Origin: Eledone cirrhosa
Taxonomy: Eukaryota
NCBI GenBank assembly: GCA_964016885.1
Contig: OZ024743.1
Location: forward strand, 320,478,001 to 320,542,000
Reading direction: 5' to 3'
DNA: 64,000 bases
In this document: positions 35,247 through 47,210 of the stretch, one piece after another
How positions within the stretch are numbered: the stretch's first letter is position 1
How the letters are laid out: each line of letters opens with the position of its first letter
Made by a program: the position numbers and the translations under genes
The notes under the pieces: model-generated
The model's database searches: none
What the model saw: only the letters and a program-made list of their open reading frames with translations
What the model was told of the DNA's origin: nothing

Positions 35247-38180
35247 TGAGTCTCAGTCATTGATGTTAGTTAACTGGAAAGTTTGTTGAAATGAATATCA
35301 AGCCACTACCTGCAGCCTCAGATATTCAGGACGTATCGTAGGGTTCTTGCTGTTCCCAGCAAGCATGCCTTTTGAAGCGTTCCAAAAAGTGTGAAGGGGC
35401 CAATTTTCTTTAACCATCCCTGGAAACTTTTTGAGATAGTCCCTAGTGCGCCTATGACAATCGGGATCACTTTGACTTCATGGCAGTTCCAAATCCTTTT
35501 TACCTCTCACTTTAAGTCCTGGTATCGGTTAATTTTCTCCCTCTCCTTCTCTTGCACTCTCGTGTCAATGGGCAGGCCACATCCACAATCAGGCACGATC
35601 TTTTTTCTTTGTCCAAAACCACCAGGTCAGGTCTATTGTGTTCCAGTTTCTTGTCCTAAAATCCCACAGCACCTTCACCTGATCGTTTTCTATCACCGCC
35701 TCTGGCTTATGCTCATACCACTTCTCAGAATGTGGTAAATTGTTTACTTTGCATAGGTGCCAGTGGATCACCCAGCCCATCACATCATGTCTCCAGCCCT
35801 TATAGTGGGTCTGGGCTAGGTGTTTACACTCGGATACAACGTGAGCCACAGTCTCCTCTCTCTCTCCACAGATCCTGCACAGTGGGCTAGCCTCCTCCTT
35901 CTAAATATGGTGTTTCAACCACTTCGTTTTGAGGGCCTGCTCCTGCGCAGCCATTAACATTCCTTCTGTAGCCTTTTTAAGGTCTCCTCTTTTCAACCAG
36001 TTCCATGTCTGTGGATCTCTAAATTCAGTTCTCTCAAAGAAGGTACTATGAAGGGATTTTTCCTGAAGGCTGTTCTTTCTCCTTGATGTTATTTCCTCCT
36101 TGGACATCCCCTGGCCTATTGTCTCCTCCTTCAGTACAGTTCTGAGCATTGGCTCCTTACTATCTGTCACGTATTTGTGTAGGTTGTTTTTCTCCATCTG
36201 AACACAGTCCTCTATGCTGATAAGACCTCTTCCACCCTCAGATCTCCTTAAGTAGAGTCTATCGACATCACTCCTCTTGTGGAACATATTGTAGATAGTG
36301 AATAGCTTCCTAGTCTTCCTATCCATTTCTTTTTGTTCAGCAACATTCCATCTCAGAATTCCCGCACTGTACCTAATAATAGACACAGCTCGGGAAATTA
36401 CTGCACTTATGGCATTCCTACTGTTCAGATGTGACTTTAATACACTCCTTACTCTCCGAAGGTATTCAGCTCTTATCAATTCCTTCATTTTTTTGTTCTT
36501 GATGTCATCAGCCTCCAGAACGCCCAAATACTTGTATCCCTCCTCAGAGTGAATTTCCTTTATCATCTCACCTGTTGGTATCTGAATTCCGTTACTTCTG
36601 CTCAACTTACCCCTCCTCATCACAATGACTCCACACTTACTAATACCAAATTGCATACATATATCATTGCTGAAAATACGGACAGTGTCAACAAGCACAT
36701 CGAACTCCTTCTCACTCTTCCCGAAGAGCTTAAGATCGTCCATGAAGAGGAGCTGATTGATGGTAAGCCCTCCCTTTCTCAACCTGTATCCTGCTCTCAC
36801 TTTTCGCAGTACACTGGTCAGGGGCATCAGGGCAAGGACAAACAACAGAGGGGACAGACTATCTCCCTGGAAGATACCTCTCTTGAACATCACGCTTCGC
36901 AAGGATTCTCCAGTTGATGTTAACTCTGTTTCCCAGGACTTCATACTTCTGCCCAACAACTGTCTGATGTTATCTGCCACCTTGAAGATCTCCAGGCTTT
37001 TGGTAATCCAAGAATGAGGCACCATGTCAAATGCCTTTTTGTAGTCTATCCATCCCATGGCAAGATCAGTATGTCTCCTCCTGCAATTCCCCATTACCAT
37101 CTTATCAATAAGTAACTGGTCCTCTGTATCACGTGACTTCTTTCGGCATCCTTTCTGTTCGTCCGGTAACAAGTTGTTTGTGTGGAGGTGATGGTAGATT
37201 TCCTCAGACACAATGCTCGTCAACAGTTTCCACATTACGGACAGACATGTGATAGGTCTATAGTTGGTAACATCATTACCCTTGATTTGGTCTTTCATTA
37301 TCAGAACTATGGTACCTTTTGTCAACCACTCTGGCACCTCACCCGACACCAAGCAGTCATTGAACATGGCCGTCAGTTTCGGGTGGAGGGATGTTACATT
37401 TTTAATCCAATACCCCTGCACACCATCTGGGCCTGGTGATTTCCAGTTGGTTAGTTTTTTTGCCTTCTCCTTAAGAGTTTCAACTGTGATACTCAAATCA
37501 GTTTGTTGGTGTGCCTGCTCACCGATCTCCCTCTTTACTGTCTCAATCCACCCTGCCTGGTCATTATGTCTAACATCCTGTTCCCATATTCCTCTCCAGA
37601 ATGTTTTAGTTTGTTCCGCCTCAGGGATCAAGTCGTTGCCTCTTTCTTTCCCCTCAAGCTGTTCAAACAGCATCTTCTGGTTGTTGTCGAACACTCTGTT
37701 CTCGTATCGCCTGATTTTTGCACTCTTTGCTACAATGCGTTGCTTCAGTTCCTCTATGATAATATTTAGCTTTTTCCTACTAGTTTTGTACTTTATTTCC
37801 AGTCTATTTTTAGTGCCTATGTTTTTTAGTGTCCCATTCTGTAGTGACTCAAGCTTTCCTATGTGATTTCTCATTTCCTTGATTTGACCACTTAGTCGTT
37901 TCTTCCACCAAGGCTCTGCTCTTTCTTGTCTGTTGTTTCCTCTCGCTTTTATACCAAGTAGTTTCCTCACGTATTTGCTGTTGCTTTGAGGATATTGTTG
38001 CACTGGTGAAGGCTCCTCGCCTCAATGTGTGGGATGACTTTGTTTACCTTAGCTGTTGTTTCTTTTTCTCTTCATTTTTATTTTCTTTACGTTTTTCGTT
38101 GTTCCTGAGCTGCTTTGATTTTGATTTTTGTTTTTTTTATTTGACCGTATCATCAAGTCAGTCTATTTATATATTTTGTT
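35247..38180 (-). mobile_element. Dong/R4 copy 3, disrupted, with internal deletion of the N-terminus
   Basis: 700-aa ORF remnant 35901-38003; 38065-38180 matches 5' UTR sequence at ~34070-34220. Confidence 0.9.
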
Positions 38181-38203
38181 ATTATTATTATTATTATTAT
38201 TAA

Positions 38204-38237
<34 letters not shown>

Positions 38238-38239
38238 GT

Positions 38240-40676
38240 TCTTTGAGTCTCAGTCATTGATGTTATTTAACTGGAAAGTTTGTTGTAATGAATATCAAGA
38301 CGCCACCTGCAGCCTCAGATATTCAGGACGTATCGGAGGGTTCTTGCTGTTCCCAGAAAGCATGCCTTTTGAAGTGTTCCAAAAGGCGGGGCTGGACTAA
38401 CTTTCTTTAACCATACTTGGAAACTCTTTGAGATAGTACCTAGTGCGCCTATGACAATCGGACGACTCTGACTTGATGGCAGTTCCAAATCCTTTTTACC
38501 TCCCACTTTAAGTCCTGGTATCGGTTAATTTTCTCCCTCTCCTTCTCTTGCACTCTCGTGTCGAATGGGCAGGCCACATCCACAATCAGGCACGATCTTT
38601 TTTCTTTGTCCAAAACCACCAGGTCAGGTCTATTGTGTTCCAGTTTCTGGTCCGTCTGTATCCTAAAATCCCACAGCATCTTCACCTGATCGTTTTCTAT
38701 CACCGACTCTAGCTTATGCTCATGCCACTTCTCAGAATGTGGTAAATTGTTTACCTTGCATAGGTGCCAGTGGATCACACTTCCCATCACATCATATCTC
38801 CAGCATTTATAGTGAGTCTGGGCTAGGTGTTTACACTCGGATACAATGTGAGCCAAAGTCTCCTCTCTCTCTCTCCACAGATCCTCCACAGTGGGTTAGC
38901 CTCCTCCTTGTAAATATGGTGTTTCACCCACTTCGTTTTGAGTCCCTGCTCTTGTGCAGCCATTAGTATTCCTTCTATAGCCTTTTTAAGGTCTCCTCTT
39001 TTTAACCAGTTCCATGTCTGTGGATCTCTAAATTCAGTTTTCTCAAAGAAGGTACTATGAAGGGATTTTTCATGAAAGTTGGTCTTCCTCCTTGTTTTTA
39101 TTTCCTCCTTGGACATCCCCTGGTCTATTGTCTTCTCCTTCAGTACAGTTCTGAGCATTGGCTCCCTACTATCGGTCACGTATTTGTGCAGGATGTTTTT
39201 CTCCATCTGAACACAGTCCTCTATGCTGATAAGACCTCTTCCACCTTCAGATCTCTTTAAGTAGAGTCTATCGACATCACTCCTCTTGTGGAACATATTG
39301 TAGATAGTAAATAGCTTCCTAGTCTTCCTATCCATTTCTTTGTGTTCAGCAACATTCCATATCAGAATTCCAGCCTGTACCTAATAATAGACACAGCTCG
39401 GGAAATTACTGCACTTATGACATTCCTACTATTTAGACGTGATTTTAATACGCTCCTTACTCTCCTAATGTACTCAGATCTTATCAATTCCTTCATCTTT
39501 TTGTTCTTGATGTCATCTGCCTCCGGAACACCTAAATATTTGTATTCTTCTTCAGTGTCAATTTCCTTTATCATCTAACCTGTTGGTACCTGGATCCCGT
39601 TGCTTCTGCTCAATTTACCCCTCCTCATCACTAGGACTCCACACTTATTAATACCAAATTCCATACATATATCATTGCTGAAAATACGAACAGTGTCAAC
39701 AAGTACATCCAACTCGTTCTCACTCTTCCCAAGGAGTTTAAGATCGTCCATGAAGAGGAGGTGATTGATGATAAGATCTCCTTTTCCCAACTTGTATCCT
39801 ACTCTCACTTTTCGCAGTATAATGGCCAGGAATATCAGGGCAAGGACAAACAACAGAGGGGACAGACTATCACCCTGGAAGATACCTCTCTTGATCTTCA
39901 CGCCTCCCAAGGATTCTCCACCCGATGTTAATTCTGTTTCCGAGGACTTCATACTTTTGCTCCACAACTGTCCGATGTTATCTGCCACTTTGAAGATCTC
40001 TAGGCTTTTGGTTATCTAAGAATGAGGCACCATGTCGAATGCCTTTTTGTAGTCTATCCATCCCCTGGCAAGACCAGTGTGTCTCCTCTTGCAATTCCTC
40101 ATTACCATCTTATCAATAAGTAGCTGGTCTTTTGTACCACGGGACTTCTTTCGGCATCTTTTCTGTTAGTCCGGTAACAAGTTGTTTGTGAGGAGGTGAT
40201 GGTAGATTTCCTCAGACACAATGCTTGTTAACAGCTTCCACATAACATGTGATAGGTCTATAGTTGGTAACATCATTATCCTTGATTTGGTCTTTTATTA
40301 CCAGGACTGTGGTACCCTTTGTCAACCACTCTGGTACCTCACCCGACATCAAGAAGTCATTGAACATGGTTGTCAGTTTCAGGTGGAGGGATGTTAAATT
40401 TTTAATCCAATACCCCTGCACACCATCTGGGCCTGGTGATTTCCAGTTGGTTAGTTTTCTCGCCTGTCCTTTAAAAGTTTTAACTGTGATACTTAAATCA
40501 GTTTGTTGGTGTGCTTGTTTTGTACTGTCTCAATCTACACCGCCTCATCATTATGTTCAACATCCTGCTCCCATATTCCTCTCCAGAATGTCTTAGTCTG
40601 TTCCGCCTCAGGGATCAAGTCGTTGCCTCTTTCTTTCCCTTCAAGCTGCCAAAACAATATCTTCTGGTTGTTGTCA
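38240..40676 (-). mobile_element. Dong/R4 copy 4, 5'-truncated and more degraded
   Basis: Multiple ORF pieces homologous to the 1130-aa protein; (TAA)n at both ends. Confidence 0.9.
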
Positions 40677-40692
40677 TTATTATTATTATTAT

Positions 40693-43600
40693 GGCCGCAC
40701 ATGTGTGAAGACAGTACAAATCTGCGGGGGAAAAGGTTCGTAACTTTAGACTGTTTTAAAGTGTCATTTTTTTGTATTTTCTTGTCGTTAACGAAACTTA
40801 AGGTACACATCTTGATTTAAAGAGAAGGATACCTCTCAATATTCGGGCTTTAAGCCCGAATATTCAGATTTATTTTTAAAAACTTCGAAAAAAAATCACT
40901 TCCCCACCAAAAGAAAATTATGGAAATGTTCGACCTTGAAACGGTAAACAACGTTCAGGTCAAAAGTTTAACGGCAGCCACTGTAGATTTCACCACGACT
41001 ACGACGACTACAGTCATGCCTGTCATCCACTCTACTGAATGTGAAGGCAAAACTCAACCTTCTGTGATAGCAGCAGTATCATCTGAAAACGACATCACCA
41101 CCACCACCACCACCACCACCACCACCACAACAACAACAACAACAACAACTCAGAGCAATAATGACAATAACACCGACAGCTTCAATGTAAACAAGGATGG
41201 CGGTGGCAACACCAATAACAACAGCAAGAATGACAACAACAACAATAAGAGCATCAGAAACACCACATTTGCTGCAGCAGCAGCAAAAACAAAGCGCTTA
41301 TTGAATATTGATATTGATATTAGCGATAAAGACGAACAGTTGGCCAAAGCGTGGAGGTTAATTAAACGGGAGAAGTCCTGGGCAAACCTGACCATCCCGG
41401 ACGAGGCAATAGCGGCCATGCAAAGGAGGACGGTGTTCTTTCGATGTATTTCGGTGCAGACACGAAAAGTGGAACTTGCGAGCCAAGCAGAGGTAGAGGC
41501 TGCTTTGGAGTACATCGGAAGTAACATAGAGTACAAAGCAAGAGGCAAACAATTCGGTACCATCTCGGTACTGTTCAAAACCGAGGCCCTCGCTATTAAG
41601 CACTCGGTGAACCCCTGCAGAACGGAACGCATTATCATGCATCCGTCCTATATGGGTAAAAGGACAGTGAAGGTACGCATTCCCAGCATCCCACCAGGAA
41701 TGAACATATGGTGGCTGCTGGGATGCGTAATCGAGGAGGGGACAGACACTACCCTCCTGGACATCAAAAGGACAGAGAGAGAGGACTGGTCCGGAATGGA
41801 TTTGGAGATTCTTCTCCAAATGAAACCGGAGGATATGAATAACATCCCGGATTTTGCCCGCCTGCAGGACGGGCCAACAATCCAACTAATGATTGACGGA
41901 AGAAGGCAACGCTGCTTCGTCTGCGGGGAAGCAACGCATCTTCAAGCCTTCTGCCCTCAGCGCAAAAATGCAGGGGGTCGCAAACCTCCTTTGTTGCCAA
42001 CACCAGTGTCAGCACGGAAAGCTGCACCACCAGCACCACCAAAACCAACATCAACAAAAACACGGACACCAACATCAAAATCAGCCGGATCACCACCAAC
42101 ACCAAAACCAATCCAAGGAGAAAACGAGGAAAGCTCTCCCACTCCCCCCCCCCAATTATACACATAGACAAAACAATAAACGCACACACAGACACAGAGA
42201 CACTCACAGACACAGACCCTTTGTCTGCCAGCAGCGAAGATGAAGGAAAACCCAAAAGTGCAAAAAAACAGCACTAACGCAAACACTTCCCCAATAACAT
42301 AATCACCAACAGCAACATCGAGACCACCTCCACAATCCCCGAAACGCAAACAACCTAAACAAACACAAGTACAAACATAGACATACCCGAAACAACACCA
42401 CCAAAACCATCGCCACCACCTTCACCAAAACGAAAACAAATAAAACTACACCAACAAAATGTTAAAAACTTCGTGCTTGTCAGAAGGGCCAACGATAAAC
42501 TGATGGCCCTCTTAGCGCGAAGCGAGGACATTCAAACAGAGGGGGAGATTTTTGACATGAGCACATTTTGCGTGCCAGAAGATTTGCTTCTGGTCCGAAT
42601 GTCACTCAATTCCTTCAAAGAAATTCGAGAGAGCTTTTCTCAAGACGTGGGAACCCCGAATGTGAAACCCACATCAAGACTTTTAAAGGGGTTCCCAAAA
42701 GAAATCCCACCAACCATGGAGGTCGAACTACCCGACCTTCACAAGACCCGGGAGGTAAGTAAACCTTCCCTCTCTCTCTCTTAGCTTACCAATATGGCCA
42801 TATTAAGAGTAGGAAGTTTAAATGTTCGCGGCCTGGGGTCACCCTGGAAGCAGGGTCGCCTGCTCAACGACCTCCGGTCGCTGGAAATGGATGTGATTGC
42901 CGTAAGCGAGACCAGAATTTCCTACACGCGCGCACTAGCCCCCATTTTCGACGACTATCAGATCTTCACATCGGTTAGCAGGCCGAGAATGGGGGATGGG
43001 GTGGCAGTGTTGTTAGGGAAAGGACTGGATCTCGAGGTAAGGTCGATCTTCCGGGACGCGGACGGTAAGTTGGTGGTCTTGGATGTGAGCAGTAGCGAAG
43101 GTGGTGCCTTTAGACTGCTGGCCGTCTACGCCCCTACAGGGGCCAGACGACCTGACTTCTTTAGGCGCCTGGATACCTTTCTGGGTACGTCTCGCCCTTT
43201 ACTGTTAGAAGGGGGACTGGAATGGCATCTTAGACGCACGCTGGGATTGTGTGGGAGTAGCCGATAGGAGCAGGGGGTGCAAAAGCCTCAAGCACCTACT
43301 CAGCCAGTTCCAAATGTCTGACAGGTATAGACTAGATTTCCCCAATGTGCCAGTATGGACATGGACCAACCGAATGGGGTCATCTAGATCGTATATAGAC
43401 AGGATCTTCATTAGGAAAATAGATAGAAATAGTGTGGGCTGTCCACTTTTTAAAACGGTCGCCTATTCAGATCACAAATGTTTGATCTGTACGGTCGACC
43501 TAAATAAAACGCGTAGGTTAGGACCGGGTTACTGGAAGCTGAACATGTCATTTCCGGCACGTAAGGCTTACAGGGACCGAGTCAACAATTTAGTTAAGCA

Positions 43601-46441
43601 AAAGTTGACAGGGGGGATCATCAACAACAGATGGTGGGAGGCTCTCAAAAGAGAGATTAGAGTAACTTCGATAGAGTTCAGCAAAGAACTAGCGTTAGAG
43701 AAAAATAGAAAGGTGGGGAGCTGGTAGATAAGTTAGACGAGCCTATTTGGCGTGCTAACGGCGAGAATGGCATTAGACCATTTCTTCAATGCCAGACACA
43801 AAGGTTGCATTTTCAGAGCTAAGGCGCGTGCGCTGAGAAACGAGGGAACTAAACCTGTTCGATGGGCCCGCGTGGCGGAGGCGCAGCGTGGTAATAAAAC
43901 CACAATTCGGTCTAGGCGGACCGAGACGGACACGAGATAAACGATTCCAAGCGGATGTGTGAGGCCTTTCGCCAGCACTTTGCTCGGTTGTTCAGGGAGA
44001 GTGGCGAGTCAGAGAGAGTAGCGGATTTCAGTCCCTACCTTGACGGCTTGCCGCGCATCTCGATGGTCGACGCTGAGCGCTGCGAAAGGCCGATTACTTC
44101 AGCCGAAATTCAGGACGCCCTTGTCGGCTGCATGAGGCGCAAGTCACCCGGTTTGGATGGCCTGCCCTACGAGCTTTACGTAAATATGCCAGACTTGTTC
44201 TCCGAACTCCTCAAAGCACTCTACTGCAACTGGCAGCAGAATGGGAGTATTCCCAGTTCTGTCAGCAGGGGAGTGGTGACGCTGATAAGGAAAGACGAGA
44301 ACAAGAGGGATACATTAGACAACTACTTCAGGCCCATAACTCTGCTCAACACAAAGTTTAAGATGTTGGTCAAGGAGATTGGCGCTTGTCGTGGAGGATT
44401 TGGTTGGGGAGGCGCAAACTTGCGCCATCCCAGCCAGGTCCATACACGACAATCTCCACCTCATGCGATACATCATAGAGAGGGTAGGGTGTAAACCTGG
44501 CTCCGGTGAGGCACTGATCAATTTAGATCAATCGAAAGCATTCGATAGGGTCGACCATCGATATCTGGAGTTTGTCCTCAAAGCAGCTGGCTTCGGCCCC
44601 GTCTTCAGAAGCTGGATCGTTGCAATGCACAGCGGCACCTGCTCGATGGTCAAAATGTATGGCCACTTCTCGGAACCGATTCAGGGCTCCCGATCGGTCC
44701 GTCAAGGGTGCCCTCTCTCTTCCCTTCTGTACGTATTGACTCTCGAGCCTTTACTGTGGAAGCTGGAGCTGTGGCAGGGCATCCCACTCGAACCGGGACG
44801 TGGAAAGGCGGTGTCGGCTTATGCGGACGACATCACCGTGATGGTGTCGAACACCTCAGAAATCGAGGTGGTCGGCACCTTATTGAAGGAATATGAAAGG
44901 TTGGCAGGAGCCAAACTTAACCCGGAAAAATCGGTGGGCTTGCAGCTCGGTACCTGGAGAGGCAAGCCCATGCCGTCCAACAGCGTCGTGGGGCGCTGGA
45001 CGGACGGACCGGTAAAGTTGCTCGGGGTTTGGTTCGGACCAGTCCTCCAGGTGGAAAAGAATTGGGACGAGGTAACGAGTAGAGTAGCCAGTCTCACCCA
45101 AAAATGGGCTGGGAGGAAGCTATCACTGAAAGGTCGCGCGGAGGTGGCGAATGCGTACATCGCGTCCGTCATCTACTACAGCCTAACCGTCGTGCCTTGC
45201 CCCCGTCCGCGCCTCGTCAAGTTGGAACGGCTCCTCTTCAAATTCTTGTGGAGGGAACAAGTTCCGTTGGTGAGGTGGTCCATCTGCTGCCAGCACCCTC
45301 TACGCGGAGGGCTGGGCATGCCGTGGCTAATGATGCGCAGACATGCGTTGAGGCTTCGACATCTCCAGATATTCTGCCTCAATGGTGAACAGGTGTGGTC
45401 GCCGTTTATCAGACGGGCCTTTCCGCAGCTCATTTCTTTGACTGAGCTGCAGTCCTGGGTCAAGAAGAGACCGAGACTGGGTGACTGGCACCTGGAATGT
45501 TGCCAGGCACTCACTGCTCTCTACCAAGCGGGCAATGCGATCAGTGGAACTTCCACTCTCGAGTTCTATAGAGGATTAGTGGTGTGCAAGTGCGATGACG
45601 CACTCGGAGAAGCTTTGGGCCTCGACGAAGTCGAACTGACCAGTCTGTACCGGAGGACTTTTGAGCCGAGGACGATGGATAATTTCCAGAAATCCCTCGC
45701 TTGGCAGTGCTACCGGGGGGCACTGCCGGTTCGGGATAAATTCTACAGGCACGGAAGTGCTGTCAGACGGACCTGCCCAAGATGCGCACGGAACGACGAA
45801 ACCGTTCTGCACGCACTTGTCCAATGTCCGTGCATTACTGACTTGTGGAGTTATGTCGAACAGCTACTGTCGCGTGTGGAACGAATCCGGCTATCGGCCG
45901 AGTCCATAGTGAAGATCGAGCCGCCACCTTCCTAAGGTCAGGAAGAGCAGGAAATTTTCCTCTGTCTGGTGGCAGTTGCGAAAGAGATTATATGATGGAC
46001 CAGGTTGAAAGGACTAAAGACAGACACTTTTCTCTTCGGCCAATTCCTCATCAACTTATTCAAGTTTCACCTGGAAAGGAGGGTGAGGGTGGAGAGAGAA
46101 GTGCTGCCCCCCAGTACATTTGCTAAAAGGTGGGTGAATGTGGCGAGAATGGCTCGTGTGAATGGGCCTACTCTGAGGAGAGGGGTGCTCTCCCTGGGTG
46201 CCCTAGAAGCGCAGGGTGGTTCAGGTTTGGTGGGGTACCCGAATCACCCCAGGGTCGTCCAACCCCTATCGGGGAATTTATTTTGTTATATTTATGCATA
46301 GTTCATTTTATATTTTTATATTTTCATTGTTAAATTAGTCTTGCCATTGTGCACTTTTACTCGACCTTATTGTAAACCCCCACTGTCCCTGTCTTTGTAT
46401 TGTCCCTTACATGTCGGCCCTTGTGGCTAATAAATGAAATC
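40693..46441 (+). mobile_element. Tx1-like LINE (copy D, distinct subfamily): ORF1 40920-42784, ORF2 42794-~46180, disrupted
   Basis: ORF1 CFVCGEATHLQAFC; APE GSLNVRGL; 518-aa RT segment 44379-45935; AATAAA followed by a (TTA) tail. Confidence 0.95.
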
Positions 46442-46450
46442 ATTATTATT

Positions 46451-47158
46451 GCCAGTTCGGGATAAACTCTACAGGCATGGAGGTGCCGTCAGCCGGGCAT
46501 GTCCGAGATGCGCGCAGGGCGACGAAACCGTCCTGCACGCACTCGTCCAGTGTCCGAGCATTGCTGACTTGTGGGTTTATGTCGAACACCTGCTGTCACG
46601 TGTAGGACGGATCCAGCTATCAGCTGAGTCCATCGTGAGGATTGCCCCACCCCCTTCCTTTAGCCTGGAAGGGCAGGCAGTTTTTATCTGTCTGGTGGCC
46701 ATGGCGAAAGAGATAGTATGGTGGACACGTTTGAAAGGGCTGAAGACGAGCACTTACCTCTTCGGTGATGCCCTGATTAACTTTTTCAAATTTCATTTGA
46801 AAAGGAAAATCAGGGTAGAGAGGGAAGTGCTCTCTTCCCAGCATTTTGTTGAAAGATGGGTGAGAGAAGCAAGTATGGCCCGAATGAATGGGCCTTCTCT
46901 GAGTATGTGTCTGTAAATTAAAGGTGGAAAACTGGGAGAGGGCACTTGCCCTGGTGGTCAGGGCCACTGTGGTCTTTTAATGGGCTTTCTCCACAAATGT
47001 CCCTTGGAAGTCTCCCCCCTATTGGGGAATTTTTCTTTGTTATTTTATTTCAACCTCTGTTTTTTTACACGCAGAAATGCCCATTTGTACCGTCCTGTAT
47101 TGTCCTGTACTGTCCTTAATGTCTACTTTATGTGAACCCTTGTGGTTAATAAAGAAAA

Positions 47159-47160
<2 letters not shown>
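46451..47160 (+). mobile_element. 5'-truncated Tx1 3' fragment (C/E subfamily) in the tail of copy D
   Basis: Nearly identical to 25939-26650; begins directly after ATTATTATT and ends in (TTA)n. Confidence 0.93.
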
Positions 47161-47210
<50 letters not shown>

